Assembly: GCA_009914755.4 (NCBI GenBank) | Contig: CP068257.2 | Span: 17,664,001-17,728,000 of the forward strand | DNA from: the human T2T-CHM13v2.0 reference genome, Homo sapiens | Direction of reading: 5' to 3' | DNA: 64,000 bases | In this document: piece by piece, positions 28,675 through 43,059 of the stretch | Layout: the number at the start of each line of letters is the position of its first letter | Numbering within the stretch: position 1 is the first letter of the stretch | Notes under the pieces: model-generated | Told to the model about the DNA's origin: nothing | The model's database searches: none | The model's input: the letters and a program-made list of their open reading frames with translations, nothing else | Made by a program: the position numbers and the translations under genes

Positions 28675-31136
28675 TTAGCTGTGTTTAATATTTGCAATCA
28701 TTTCAGGTGACAAAGGCTTTAAATTTGTCTAGTATTATTTTTGTTTCATCTGTGAAATTTGGGTTTCTTTAAGCTCTACGCTCAGAAACAGTCTGCGTCT
28801 CTCAGCTCTTTTAGCTGTAAATCCTGTTATAATACTGGATCCCTGTTGATACAGTGATAAACTGTGCAGTAGGAGAAAAATGCTATAATCTTGTGATTAA
28901 ATCTCTCCTTTAGTGGCCCTGTGACCTTCATAAATAATTCTCATTTTATTTTATTTTTGTTGAGATGGAAATCTAGAGATGACTGGAGTAAATAAATGTA
29001 CCTTTTCCTGGTAGGATAAGGCTCTAGCTATATCTTCTCCCCTACAGCATAGACCCTTGTTACTGACAACACCGTGGGGGCATTTCACAATATTTTTTTC
29101 TTCCTCTTCCCCACCAAAGCAACAGGGTATGTCTCTCAGCTCTTCATAGTTAGAACTAGGAAGTTCAGTGTACCCCTTCCCAGGGGTTCCTGAAGTGAAA
29201 ACCAGTGAAATTTTGGTAGCCCGTATGTTGAGGATCCCGGAGTTTTGCGCTCACATTTCAGCCCATATTCAGTCTTCAACAATTTGTTAAAATTTACTAT
29301 TTTATTGTTTCCACAAGTTTAGAGCTCCACCAGCTTCTGTTTGAGTTCAACAGGTATTGGATATGGGCCTTTGGAATCATCTATCTCTCCAGATTTCAGG
29401 ATGGCAGTTGCCCTGTGATCTCCGTTCTCCAAGGGGTCTAAGAAGTCACATATTTTCCTTATGTTTTGTCTTTTCTTGCAAGGACAAGAGTGATGACTTG
29501 TAATTTTTGTTTTTACCTGTTGAAACTGAAGTCATGAAACTATAGTAACCTTTTAACATTACTATCTCATTATTCTCCTTGGCATTAATAATACCGAATA
29601 AGTATATAGCAATAATTATAGGTTCTGAAAAAAAAATCAACTGTTTTCTTTGTGATTGAGATTAACATAGTAAGAAAGATGGGGACAGAAGATTTTCCTT
29701 CCAAGAAGCACGCAGTTACATTTGAAGACATAAACTGATGCTCAGACAGTCACCATTCCAGGAGAGGCACCATAAACTACAACATACAGCATAATTAAAC
29801 AGAGAAAATTGATGAATCAATTTAAAAGAGTAGAAGGTGGTGCTGCTAAGATACACATGCACACTTAAATGACAGTTACAAAAGTGTGCGTATGCTTCTA
29901 GTTGAATTAAGCATCTGATTAGGTGATTATTATGTTGATTTAATTTGCTCAATTTGTGTCTTGAAAGACAAGATGCTAATTAAGACATTAAAAAAATTTA
30001 CTTTCACAGTGCTACAGGAAAACCCCAATTTAGAAAAGTAAAAACTTTGCTGTTATATTAGCAGTAGTGTATTAACTGTCTGAAGAAATGAAAGAGAAAA
30101 ATAAATCATATTTTAAAAATGATATCTGAAATAGAATCGAAGACATTAGATTTTTATAAAAGAACAGCTTGCCCAAGTTCTGTTTTTACTGAACACAAGT
30201 ATTTTAAATCTATCTTCATGTTTGCTTTTTAGCAAACATGTTTAAAGAGCCTGCTTTTATTACAATTTACTAAATTATCATTAAAATTAACCAATTAACC
30301 TTTCAATCAACAGCAGATGCTCCCTATCTCTATCCATGATTCATCCATACAGTTAACAATTTAACAAATAGTCTATTTCCAATATCTTCAGCATGGAAAA
30401 AGAACAAAACATTATGTATTATACCATGATAGATAAATAAATATGAATTTTGTAAATTAGAATAGGATTAGGCAACAAATATAAAAGAGGAGGCATTCAG
30501 CATTATATTTGTCAAAACTCCAGCAAATTTGCTCAATCCTCTGTTCTAAATAAATAAGAAAACCAGGAATGAATTGATTGGGAATTGTGGAAACAAAAAG
30601 GTGAAACTGCAAGATAGACTTCCGTATAACACAACTCAACAACTAAATGATGTTATCCCAGTGGACTTAAGTGGTGGGTCTCTGAACTGAAGCAAACTTT
30701 TCTGCAACAAATTGTACTCCAAGGCAGGAAGAGGATTCTATTTGTTTCCAAGACAAACTAGACTTTCAGAAAGTTTTTGGAAGTATATCGGTCAGGATTT
30801 AGCCTCAATATAAGAAGAACTCAGATGAGTAAACTGGGGTCTGAGAAGAAGGTGGTAATTGGTTCTAATACTATCTTATTATTTTGCTAAAGTAAAAAAC
30901 ACATCAAAATAAAAATGAGTTTGAGCCTGCTTCTCACAGGGTCCTGACTGAGCAACTTGTTTGTATTTCATACACTTTGTAGACTTAAAACAGTGTCATA
31001 TAATCTTTAGCTATTTTTTCAAATGTACATGAAATATCAGTACATTCAAATTGTTCGGTGGTTTATCTCTTGGGTATACCAGGTGCTTTCATACTTCTAC
31101 TGCTTGGACATATGGGAAGATTCAGCAGGAGTAGGA

Positions 31137-31804
31137 CTATATTACTGCATTCCCATGCTGCTAATAATTTATAATGGTAATTTATAATGGAAAGAAATTT
31201 AATTGACTCACAGTTCAGCATGGCTGGGAAGACCCCAAGAAACTTACAATCTGGCAGAAGAAGAAGCAAACATGTCCTTCTTCACATAATGGCAGGAAGA
31301 AGTGCCAAGCAAAAGGAGAAAAAGCCTTTATAAAACCATCAGATCTTGACCTGGGCACGCTGGGTCATGCCTGTAATCCCAGCACTTTGGGAGGTCGAGG
31401 CAGGTGGATCATTTGAGGTCAGGAGTTCAAGACCAGCCTGGCTAACATGGTGAAACCTCATCTCTACTAAAAATACAAAGATTAGCTGGGTGGTGGTGGC
31501 ACACACCTGTAATCCCAGCTACTTGGGAGGCTGAGGCAGGAGAATCGCTTCAGCCTGGGAGGCACAGGTTTCAGTAAGCCAAGATTGTGCCACCCCAGCC
31601 TGGGCAACAGAGTGAGACTCTGTCTCAAAAAAAAAAAAATCAGATCTCATGGGAACTCAGTTACTATCACCAGAACAACATGAGGGTAACTGCCCCCCAT
31701 GATTAAAAATTACCTTCCTCCTGGTTCCACCCATGACATGTGGGGATTATGGGAGCTACTATTCAAGGTAAGATTTGTGTTGGGACACAGAGTGAAGCCA
31801 TATC
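31137..31804 (-). mobile_element. MaLR solo LTR (MST/THE1-type), antisense, interrupted by a nested Alu
   Basis: Reads tatattactgcattcccatgctgctaataatttataatgg...gaaagaaatttaattgactcacagttcagcatggctgggaagaccccaagaaacttacaatc...ctttataaaaccatcagatct[Alu]catgggaactcagttactatcaccagaacaacatg...gggattatgggagctactattcaaggtaagatttgtgttgggacacagagtgaagccatatca. LTR homology is continuous across the Alu insertion. Confidence 0.8.
31348..31639 (+). mobile_element. Alu SINE (AluS-like), sense, nested within the MaLR LTR, 9-bp TSD
   Basis: Reads ...ctgggcacgctgggtcatgcctgtaatcccagcactttgggaggtcgaggcaggtggatcatttgaggtcaggagttcaagaccagcctggctaacatggtgaaacctcatctc...tctgtctcaaaaaaaaaaaaa. The TSD atcagatct flanks both sides, at about 31338-31346 and 31639-31647. 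Confidence 0.9.
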
Positions 31805-34800
31805 AATGACCAATGACTCATGTAATACATTTAAGCACATCAATGTGATGTATGACATCAAATATACATAGATTGATGAGTATAAGCATTTTTTTTAAAT
31901 GGAGATGCAACCTACAGTGTGTTAAAGCCTTCAAATATTATATGAAAAATACATTTTAATTTCAATAATAAGATTAGCAAGTCAACTTTTGTTAATACAT
32001 CTTCCAATGGCAATGAAGTTCATGCACCAAGTGGAAAGCATATTAGCGCCTGACACTGATTATTAAAGTTAGATTCTATATCCGATTACATTTAATTATT
32101 CAGAAGCTCTGTAGCATGTAATAAGATATCCTCAAGTATAATTAGAAGCACAGCAATATCTTTTTTAAAAAAACTATTTGTAGAATCTTAACAGCAATTA
32201 CTATATCATATAGGTTTTTCTAAGCTTTCAGGCAGGTTTTTCTAACCATTTACTGATTTCCTTTTATGGATAGATGAGTTTTCTGCTTTTGTAAAATCAA
32301 TATATAAAGGCATCTCCCCCCTCCAGCAAAAAACATTTGCCTGCTATATAATTAATTATAATTATAAGCTTTATATTGATCTTTAGTCTAAACACAACTC
32401 ACCTCTCCTGTACATGAACATTAAACACATTTCTTCAACAAAACTGTACTTAATAATGTAACACAATACCCTTAGCTTCTTTTAATAACATTCTGTTTAT
32501 AACACTTGACACAATGTGCTCTTCCTGTAAGTGAAACATGAACGCTATGTTCAGTAAGTAATACTGTATAAAATAAACAACAAGATTATATTTTTAATAT
32601 TCTGGTATAAACAAACTTGCATTCTTATAGGTTGGAAGAAAGCCATAAATACAAGGTTTATGGTATTGATTCATTTTTCAATTCAGATACATGTTTACTC
32701 TTAGCAATAAGGTAACTTTTCAATTATTCAACACATTCTCATCTTATACATGTTACAATATTAGAGGTTTGACCAAGATCTTACTTTATGTTCTTAATTC
32801 CAAATAATGACTTGAACTACCTGTTCTTTGACAAACCTAAACTAAACTACTACTTTTGATGTTAATTGATTTCCTCGTCTTATCTCTCCCAAAGGAATGC
32901 ATAAGAGCAACAAACTCTGGTATTTTTAACACCTATTTTTGTGGTAATCCTCATAGCATAATCCTGCTTTGTGAAAATACAAACCAGATATTGCTAACAT
33001 TAATCCCTTATTTTAGAGGAAAAAAGCTAACAGATAATATTTAAAATATTAGCGGAGAAAGCAATGAATTTATTTGTGATTTCAATACTGAAGTCTTTGT
33101 TACTCATTTTTAAACTATATAGCTTTCTTGTAGGGAGAGCATGTCCATTTTATGAATGTAAACCTGGCACTCTATCTAGATACTCCAACCGTGAAAGCCA
33201 AATTACAATCTCCAACTTCTCAATACAAATCCACCAATCATTTGCTCTGCAATGTTGCCCTTCACAATAGTGATGAAACTTCCTTCTTGAAAACACTTTT
33301 GAGTATTAAAATTTACTTTAAATATATATCACAGAAATAGACACTTTGTAAAGGAGGACAAGAGACTCATAATTTGTTAAATATGTTTCATGACTGTACA
33401 TAACTGGAAAATTACTGTATGGATGTCCAAAAGTTTGACTTCAAATTTGAGAAATCTAAGCTGGTAAATAACATATTTTAGCATAATTTGGCTTGTTTGG
33501 AAAAGTTGGTGGGCTGGTATGCAAATGTTGTTGGGAAAATAAGTTATGTTAAATCATCAGAGTTCTGTTATGAAGAAGAAGATACATATTGACTTCCTAA
33601 ATGTAAGAAGAAGTATAAACTCTGCAAATCTACTCAGATAGTTAGGGGCTGTTCTTTTTAAAATCCTACTTCTTTAATTATTGGAGGCAAGGGGACTTAA
33701 TGCCAGGAAATTTCTGTAAAATGTATGGCAATTCTAGGAGCATTGTAACATATATTCTCATTCTATTCAGTATTAAAATACACTACTACTATTACAGACA
33801 TTTAATTAAATTTGGTTGATGTTGGAAGAGTGGTGTCGAATGTTACATTAAACTATTTCCCAAATTGCAGTGTTTATTTATTGAATTTAAGAGGTATTAT
33901 TATGGAATTACAGCTGCATTACCACCTGTGTGACTTTTGATTGAAATTAGGAAAGTGTTGAAGGTTTGTTTCAGTTATCAGACAAATTTTTTTATCAATC
34001 ACTGACACAGCTGTGATGAGGCATACATACAGCAGCAAGAATAAGAGAAAAATAAAACAATGATGTTTTTCTTATTTTCCTTCTCAATTCTTATAAGTTA
34101 CACATGAGAAACATTAATAGGGTTATTTGGGAATGTTATGGAGTTGTGAGTATTTCACTTCTTAAGGACATGAAATGTGTATTTTTAAAAATGTGAACAC
34201 TCAAGTTTGTTTATGGTGGGAAAAAGTGCAGTTTTGTGATTAGTGGAGCATTTAGATTGTGAATAATACACAACAATAAGAATGTTTCACTTCTTTTTAT
34301 ACCCATTTTTCTCCACAAAAGTAATTCTAACCTTAAATGGTGTTTCTATAAATCTGTCACTGAATCAATATGCTTTAATGGAGATAAAATGGAACAGGAT
34401 GATGCTCCAGTGATATAATCTAATATGTCTTTAATTACTTTGAATTTCTTACTACTGTGATCAAACCATGCCAGCAATTTAAATATTTTCATTGCGTAAC
34501 ATAAAATGCTGTCCATGCAAACTAAAGAATAACATTAATTATATTCTTATATTTAAGTCTTTTCCGCATCTAAAGGTACTGAATTTAGCATGCCCTCTAG
34601 TTGAAACTTCAGTACTATTACAACATAGACTGACGACAAATCCAGTTTTATCTCTCTCCTATTGCACACCCCCCTGAAACAAGCATATTAAATTATATGA
34701 GGTTGAAAAATATCTTTATGTTTGAAAATTTAATATTTTTTCACTTGAAACAGTGTAAACCTTCAAATTGTAGCCATTGAAGATGTATTAACGTCATGAA

Positions 34801-36936
34801 CTTACAAGCCTGTGCAACATACCCACGTAGGCATGTGTGAGCACACAAATGTGGTACTAATCTCTTTGAATATGTCAGGATCAAAGAAGTTGCAACAAAA
34901 GAATAAGGAAGCCAGTTAAACATTTCTGGTGTTCCTATGTTTGTTTATTTAGTTTTCCTCAGTCCTTTTTATGTTGCTACTAAATCAATGTATCAGACAG
35001 ATTATAGCCTCAACTCTAATGATTTTGGGTGTAATGGAAAGCTTTACTATTTCAATCTGGATTAATTTAATAGCAGTACTCATGAGGCTATACCACCTTA
35101 TTTGAACCTATTGATAAAGTTTCATTATAATTGCCCCACATCTATTTCTTGCAAGAGTTCCGCAGTCTGCACTGTTAGTGCGGGCAATTATTTATTCCTC
35201 TGAAAGTAGAATGCCGTTGAGTTCTGTTTTGATAGTTGGCTTTTTCTTAATGTGTAAAATTCTCTGTAAGGGCAGATTTACTTGTGTTGCTCCTGAAAAC
35301 ATAATACAACAGATTGTGGTGTCCATTAGGTGAGATGCAAAATGTCTTCATTTGATGCTTAATACAAAGTGAAATTCTTTAAAAATTGAATTATTTCAAT
35401 AACCAAGTAATATGGAAAAAATGGAATTAAATATTTTCGTTTAATCATCAAGAAGCTGACAGTAGTCCATATGAAAAATTGCTTCTAGGACAAGCTAAGT
35501 GTTTGATGGGAGTTTGGAAGAGGCATTCAGCATTTTGTTCTCAAATAAATGTCAACAATTTAGTATTAATGCGTCCCTTAATTATCAAGTTTTCTTTTTT
35601 TTATTAGATTGACTGGCATCCCTGTTGGTATTACTAGTATATTTGTGGTAGGGCAACTATTAGCTAAACATGGGTTACTGTTTATTGCATTGAATTTCTA
35701 TTTATTATGTAGAAGGAAAGATAAACTCTCACAGCTGATTCATATATGTAAGGGATTTAGCAATATATATTCATTGAAATTTTTTTATTTACAATTTGAC
35801 ACATAATTTTCTTGAGTTCTTATTCTGGCTGTAGTACTATTACTGAATATTCTTCAGGCTAAATAGAACAATTTCCATCCCTTGCCTGCATGTACTAACT
35901 ATTCTTTCATGAAATTCTAGTGCCTATAGAGAGTTCTCCCATTTACCTCAAAGAACTCATCTATTTTGCTTAGCTCGACTTTGCTTCAAACCAGCAGATT
36001 TATCATTGGTAGAATTCAATGTTAAATAGTTTGAACATAACCTTGAAGTGAATTCTCTTCTTTCCTTGTACTCAATTACCCTCTTTGCGCTTTTCATAAA
36101 GTAAAGGACTGTGCAAAGTTGCACTGTCAGTGCAGCCAAGACCCAAGTGGTAGAAGTAGGAAATGCTCTGGGGAATACTGCAAATGTAATTTCTGCTTCT
36201 TGCTTGGAAGTCTGAAGCCAGCAACAGTCTAATAGAAACCCTTTGCTTTCTGGATGATCCATTTACAGAGTGATAAGCACTGCTGTGGAGTTAATATCAT
36301 TTCCAGAAGCAGACCTTTTCATACAGTTAACTATGTGTAAAATTGTCTTCCTTTTCTTCCTTATTTGACGTATATACCAAATTTATAACCAGTCTGGCAT
36401 GTACTTCCACTAAACATTCTGATCTTCCTCTTAGTATTTGATTTATGATCACTTGAAAAAGAGGTATGCCTAGAATGCTTTATTACATATATTTTCTTGA
36501 TACATTTTGCTTAGTTTTTTAAATTCTAATGAGTCTTTAATTTTCAAATTCATTTTTCTTAATATTTTATCATTCTAAAATGTGAAGTAATTTATCTGCT
36601 TTTTTTTCTTCTATGAACATACTCTTTTAGTGCTTGTATATTCTTCTCCATAGGGCATCATTTTCCTTACCCATACAGAGTAATGTACTGTTAATAACTC
36701 TGTATTGGAATGAACAATACTTTATATACAAAGTCCGAGTGATCCTGCCCACGTTTCCCTTTTGTTACATTGTGTCAACTCAGTTTGTTATCAATAAATC
36801 AACTTTGGAAATCTTAGCATACTACATAGTAAATTATTAACCTCGTTATTTGCAAAGTTGAAGGTTATTATCAAAATTATTCCTTTTGAGTAAGCCATTT
36901 ATGCCTAGGCTAGCCAAATATAAAAGCTGTATCATT

Positions 36937-37236
<300 letters not shown>

Positions 37237-37879
37237 CTATATCATTTATTAAATTACAAATCGGGATGCTCTTCACATTAACATTGATGATTGGATTTGT
37301 TTTTATATTGGTATCAATTTAATGCAGTAACTGTTAGATTTTTACAAATATGTGACACACATGTACCCTGGAAGTATGTATGTTTACTATGCATCAATCG
37401 ATCAATAAATAATCGAATGTGCGAGATACACTATTTTTGTTTGTCTTGTGTAACTATTCTATAAAAACAGAGCCTGTGGCAATGGAAATGTGCAGCTACT
37501 TACTAGTTGTTGAGATCTCTCACAATTTCTATATCCTCATGGAAAATCCTTGCTTAAAGAGAGAAACTTGTACTTGAATTCTTATTCTGCTACTAACCTA
37601 AGGATTAATGATTCGCTGAAACTTACTTGACTTCAATATTTCCACATATAAAATGTTGGCCAAAATACTACAGTGATTAATTTTGCCTGTATTGGCAAAA
37701 AGAAAAAAAAAAGAAAATAATCACATAAGCGCCTTAAACCTAATGGGAAATTATTGTCTTGTTGTTATAGGAATACCTGAACTAAGTGTGGCTCCAGAGC
37801 TATTTAATGCTGTGACTTGTCTGCTTCATCAGGGACTCACTTTGCTTTCACTTTTTTTTTTGCACCACCATTTTAACAT

Positions 37880-38195
<316 letters not shown>

Positions 38196-40414
38196 CCGTC
38201 TGGTTTTTAATTTAGTAACATTTATTGATTCAACATGAGATAGCAATTTTGACATTCAATTTTTTGCTTCCTATTTTGTAAAGTTAAAGAAACCCTTCCC
38301 AGAAGCCCTACAGAAAGTTCCTACCAATTACTCCATGAACAGAACTGCATCACACATTTCACATCTAATCCAGTCTCTCTGGTAGGTGTACTGAAACCAC
38401 AGTGCTTAGCTGAGGTCAGTAAGGACTTGATAGTGGTGGATGCCCAAACAAACTAGAGCCTCTGGCAGCAGAAAGTAAGCAGAGATAGATGCTAGGTAGA
38501 TAATTAGAAAGACACCCTACAAATGTAGTAAGTTTGTTGTCCATGGTAGAATGAGTATATCCGTAAGTCACCCAGCACAGTAGCTGTCACATAGCGATGC
38601 TTAAAGAAAAAAGTAAACTTAAATTACTGCATTCTACCCCAATATATTGAACTTCTACAATGTTTCAGGTACCCTGAAGCCACTAGCAACATAAATGTAT
38701 TGAACACATTTGCTGAAGTCAAACACCTAATGATGGACGAGTCAAAAAATACAGTATATAAATAAAACATACAAACATATGGACATACTGACTCACAAGT
38801 TAATGATACGGATGCTATGATAAAGGGAAGCACATACTGAAATGAACAAAAATAAGAGAGTATTAATCACAGATTTGGATGCAAGAGTGAGAAGCAAGTG
38901 GGAGTCAAATCTGAGTGAATATAATGATGGTGTACTTTATTCTAAATGTATGTTTTTGCCAGTCAGGGGAAGAAGAATAAATTAGATTTTCTGGGGGAAA
39001 TCCTACACTATGAATTGTAGGGACAATCCTACTATTAGGAACATACAAGGAGAAAGGATGATTGTAGAGGTATAGGTCTCTGCTTCCGGTCATATTTGGT
39101 TAGCAGGGAAGGGCTTCATCCTTTTTCAAATGTAACAAATTTGTACTGCATGTAATATTGAAAAGATTTGTAATTTTGGTAATATTTCAATAATAGTGAA
39201 AAATATTGGCAAACTTAAATTTAGAAAATTCTAAGCAACATTAGGACACATGGTATATGTTTAACATTAAGTTAAATGAGGGTATTAAAGATATAAATAT
39301 GGTTTACATAGGAAAATAGTATATTCAAGGCAAGAAAATATTTTTCTATTTTGTTTCAACCATTTTGTAGTTTTTCTTGAGAGTAAAGATTTTCTGATTT
39401 CTAAGTTATTTTGTAGAAATTGGAATAAATGCCACAGAGGAATTTTGGCCTCATAAAGTATATCAAACACTTTATGGCTCCTGTTTCATTTTCGTACTTC
39501 CTAGTCCTTTTAAACACAGCAAACACGCCTTGGGGTTTTCCTTAAAGTCATTTTGAAAGTGTGTTTCTGCTATGACCCATCAGTATGAAATATGGTTTTC
39601 TGATAGCATGCTGGCTAAAATAAGTTTTCTTCTTTTTTTCATAGATGGATGGCAGGTTGTATATGTTAGGCCTCTCTATGTGTCTTTATGTCAAGAATTC
39701 AAACATGTTATTGAGAAATGGTGCTTTAAAATGCAAACATGCAATATAGGTTCAAAAGATCTTCTACCATGGAAGGTTATTTAATTATATTTCAAAACTA
39801 ATTTGAGGTTCAAAAGAAACAGAAGCCAAATCAACTGTTAAATTTCTATTTAACTGATTAATGTATTTACATGTTATAATGAAAACCCAACATTAAACTT
39901 AATACTTTTATTTTACACTTTACATGTGACATACCTGTCTCAAGCTCTTTTCTTTTAGGAAGTTCTGATGATTGCAGGTCACGTTCCAGTCTATGTCATA
40001 TAATGTGTTAACAAGTACCACAAATTTCCGTAGATCTTGATGCAGTGGTGTGAGATTGCATTTTTCTGTCACTTACTATATATAATTATCAGCTCTAAGT
40101 AGCCAGTTAGTACTTACATAGGATCCAGTGGCTATTCTTTTTCTGTTTCTTGCACTGCATGTGGAAAGGCATTCTCCTTCAATGCTCATAGTTTAAGTGT
40201 GATAAGCTGTTTGAAATAACAAAAACGTTTTATTTAAGGGATAAACAAAGACTGTAACAGCATAATGCAGAACAAGAAACACATTAAACACAGGTAATTA
40301 GCAAGATATACTTAAATTTTTGACACTGAAGATGTCTTGATTGCTTTCTTTCTCTTCAGATCTGAGTTTGCCAATTTCTGTTTAGCATTCCTTTTCTACT
40401 GAGACTCTTATATC

Positions 40415-41165
40415 ATTTATTGCCCATATTTTGGGCCATAAAACAAGCTTCAACACATTTTTTAGAAAAATAAAATCATACAGAATCTGTTCTCTGATGC
40501 TGATGGAATCAAATTAGAGTTAAATACCAGGGAAATCATACAAAATTTTCACACTCAGAAATTAAGCAAGATACTTCTAAAAATACAGAGATTAAAAAAG
40601 TCTTACAAAGAACAAAAAATATGTTCGGGTAAATGAAAATAAAAAGAGAATATACCAAAATTTCTGGGATGCAGGTAAAGCAGTGCTGAGAAGGAAATTT
40701 ATAGCACTAAACACTTACATCACAAAGGTGGAAAAATCATGAATCAACCATCTAAGCTTGCAGTTTAAGAAACTAAGGAAAAAAATATATACTTAACATG
40801 GCAGAGGAGATATCATAATCACAAAGGTAGTTTTCCCAGGGCAAGCCTTATCCACTGCATTCCAGATGTGCTCACCTCTGTGGTTTCCCCAAATGTGGAA
40901 AACTGGACTGCATAATTTGTGGTAGCGGGGGACTGCATTAATACCTTCCTCTGGCTTTTTATTTTATTTTGTTCATTTTTTTAATTTAAAAAATAGTGAG
41001 AAAAGAAGAAAATAAGCCCAATGCCAGCAGAATGAAGGAAATAATAAAGATAATAACAGAAATAAATGAAATTGAAAAAAGAAAAAAAAAACAGAAAAAT
41101 CAATAAAGAAGTGAATTTTTTAAAAAGACCAACACAGCTGACAAGATTTTAGCACAAGTGACACA
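40415..41165 (+). mobile_element. L1 ORF2 (endonuclease-domain region) fragment, sense, ancient family: 5' part of 'L1a'
   Basis: The + strand translates to ...IIQNLFSDADGIKLELNTREIIQNFHTQKLSKILLKIQRLKKSYKEQKICSGK..., matching ORF2 IISSIFSDHNGIKLEINNKRNFGNCTNTWKLNNMLLNDQWVNEEIKMEIKKF. Further on, ...INKEVNFLKRPTQLTRF matches KINKIDKPLARLTKKK. A short stretch of unrelated sequence sits at about 40830-40975. Confidence 0.75.
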
Positions 41166-41171
41166 GAATTT

Positions 41172-42481
41172 TATATATATATATATATACATATAGGTCT
41201 ATATATATGTCTCTCTATATGTCTACATGTCTATATATATGTCTATGTCTATATGTCTATAGTCTATGTCTATATCTCTATATGTCTATCTGTCTATATC
41301 TATGTCTATCTATATCTATGTCTATATATATGTCTATATGTCTATATATGATGTCTATGTCTATATATGTCTATATATGTCTATATGTCTATATGTCTAT
41401 ATGTCTGTCTATATATGTCTATATGTCTATATATGTCTATAAATATGTCTATATATGTCTATATGTCTATATATGTCTATGTCTATATATATGTCTATAT
41501 ATGTCTATATGTCTGTCTATATATGTCTATATGTATGTCTATATATGTCTATATGTCTATATATGTCTATAAATGTCTATATATATGTCTATATGTCTAT
41601 ATATATGTCTATATATGTCTATATATGTCTATATATATGTCTATATATGTCTATATATGTCTATATATGTCTATGTCTATATATATGTCTATATATGTCT
41701 ATATATGTCTATATATGTCTACATATATGTCTATATATATGTCTATATATGTCTATATATATGTCTATATGTCTATATGTCTATATATATGTCTATATAT
41801 GTCTATATATGTCTATATATGTCTATATATATGTCTATATATATTCTATATATATGTCTATATGTCTATATATGTCTATATATGTCTATATATATGTCTA
41901 TATATATGTCTATATATATGTCTATATATATATGTCTATATATATGTCTATATATATGTCTATATATATGTCTATATATATATGTCTATATATATGTCTA
42001 TATATATGTCTATATATATGTCTATATATATGTCTATATATGTCTATATATATATGTCTATATATATGTCTATATATATGTCTATATATATGTCTATATA
42101 TATGTCTATATATATATGTCTATATATATGTCTATATATATGTCTATATATATGTCTATATATATATGTCTATATATATGTCTATATATATATGTCTATA
42201 TATATGTCTATATATATATGTCTATATATATGTCTATATATATATGTCTATATATATGTCTATATATATATGTCTATATATATGTCTATATATATATGTC
42301 TATATATATGTCTATATATATATGTCTATATATATGTCTATATATATATGTCTATATATATGTCTATATATATATGTCTATATATATGTCTATATATATA
42401 TGTCTATATATATGTCTATATATATGTCTATATATATGTCTATATATATATGTCTATATATATGTCTATATATATATATAT
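41172..42481. repeat. Large AT-rich minisatellite, about 1.3 kb, unit (TATATGTC)/(TATATATGTC) evolving into alternating 12/14-bp units (a 26-bp higher-order repeat)
   Basis: The 5' part is irregular (gtctatgtctatatgtctatagtctatgtctatatctc...). From about 41900 it becomes a highly regular (gtctatatatat gtctatatatatat)n array. The 300-391-aa track ORFs (MSIYVY..., CLYICLY...) are translation artefacts of this array. Confidence 0.95.
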
Positions 42482-42482
42482 T

Positions 42483-43055
42483 TACCCAGAAACTCTGAGA
42501 CAGGTCTTCATTAATGCAGAAAGTTTATTTTGCCAAGGTTGAGGACACACGCCTGTGACACAGCCTCAGGAAATCCTGAGGACATGTGTCCAGGATGGTT
42601 GGGGCACAGCTTGGTTTTACACATTTTAGGGGGACATAAGACACCAATCAATATATGTCAGAAGTATGTAAGAAGAATGAGACACAAATGAACATACGTA
42701 GGAAGTACACTGGTTCAGTCTGGAAAGGTGGGACAACTCAAAGCAACTGAAAACAACTCAAAGCAAAGGCAGAAAGAAGCAAGGAGGGGCTTCCAGGTCA
42801 CAGATAAATGAGAGACAAGTGGTTACATTTTTTTGAGTTTCTGGTTAGCCTTTCCAAAGGAGGCAATCATATATGTATTTATCTCAGTGAGCAGAGAGAC
42901 AACTTTAAATAGAAAGAAAGGCAGGTTTGCCCTAATCAGTTCCCAGCTTGAATTTTCCGTTTAGCTTAGTGATTTTGGAGGCCCAAAATATCTTGGGGGC
43001 CTAAGATATTTACCTTTCTCTATATAGATAAGACATAGATATATAATATATATGC
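42483..43055. mobile_element. LTR-like repeat fragment (probable ERV-derived, unclassified) inside the L1 interruption
   Basis: Reads ...aaagtttattttgccaaggttgaggacacacgcctgtgacacagcctcaggaaatcctgaggacatgtgtccaggatggttggggcacagcttggttttacacattttaggggg...cctttccaaaggaggcaatcatatatgtatttatctcagtgagcagagag... This resembles a dispersed primate LTR family I recall but cannot name. It is bounded on both sides by collinear L1 ORF2 sequence. Confidence 0.3.
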
Positions 43056-43059
43056 AAAT

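Noticed and set aside
41172-42481. Regularly spaced short repeats that superficially resemble a CRISPR array
   Set aside because: There are no unique spacers: the array is repeat-only with a 12/14-bp unit. It sits in a primate genome next to Alu and L1 sequence, and eukaryotes have no CRISPR. It is a minisatellite.
41207-42542. Very long ORFs (121-391 aa, [12 protein letters not shown]...) in the six-frame track
   Set aside because: They lie entirely within the (tatatgtc)n minisatellite. They are low-complexity translations of a tandem repeat with no start or stop context of a real gene.
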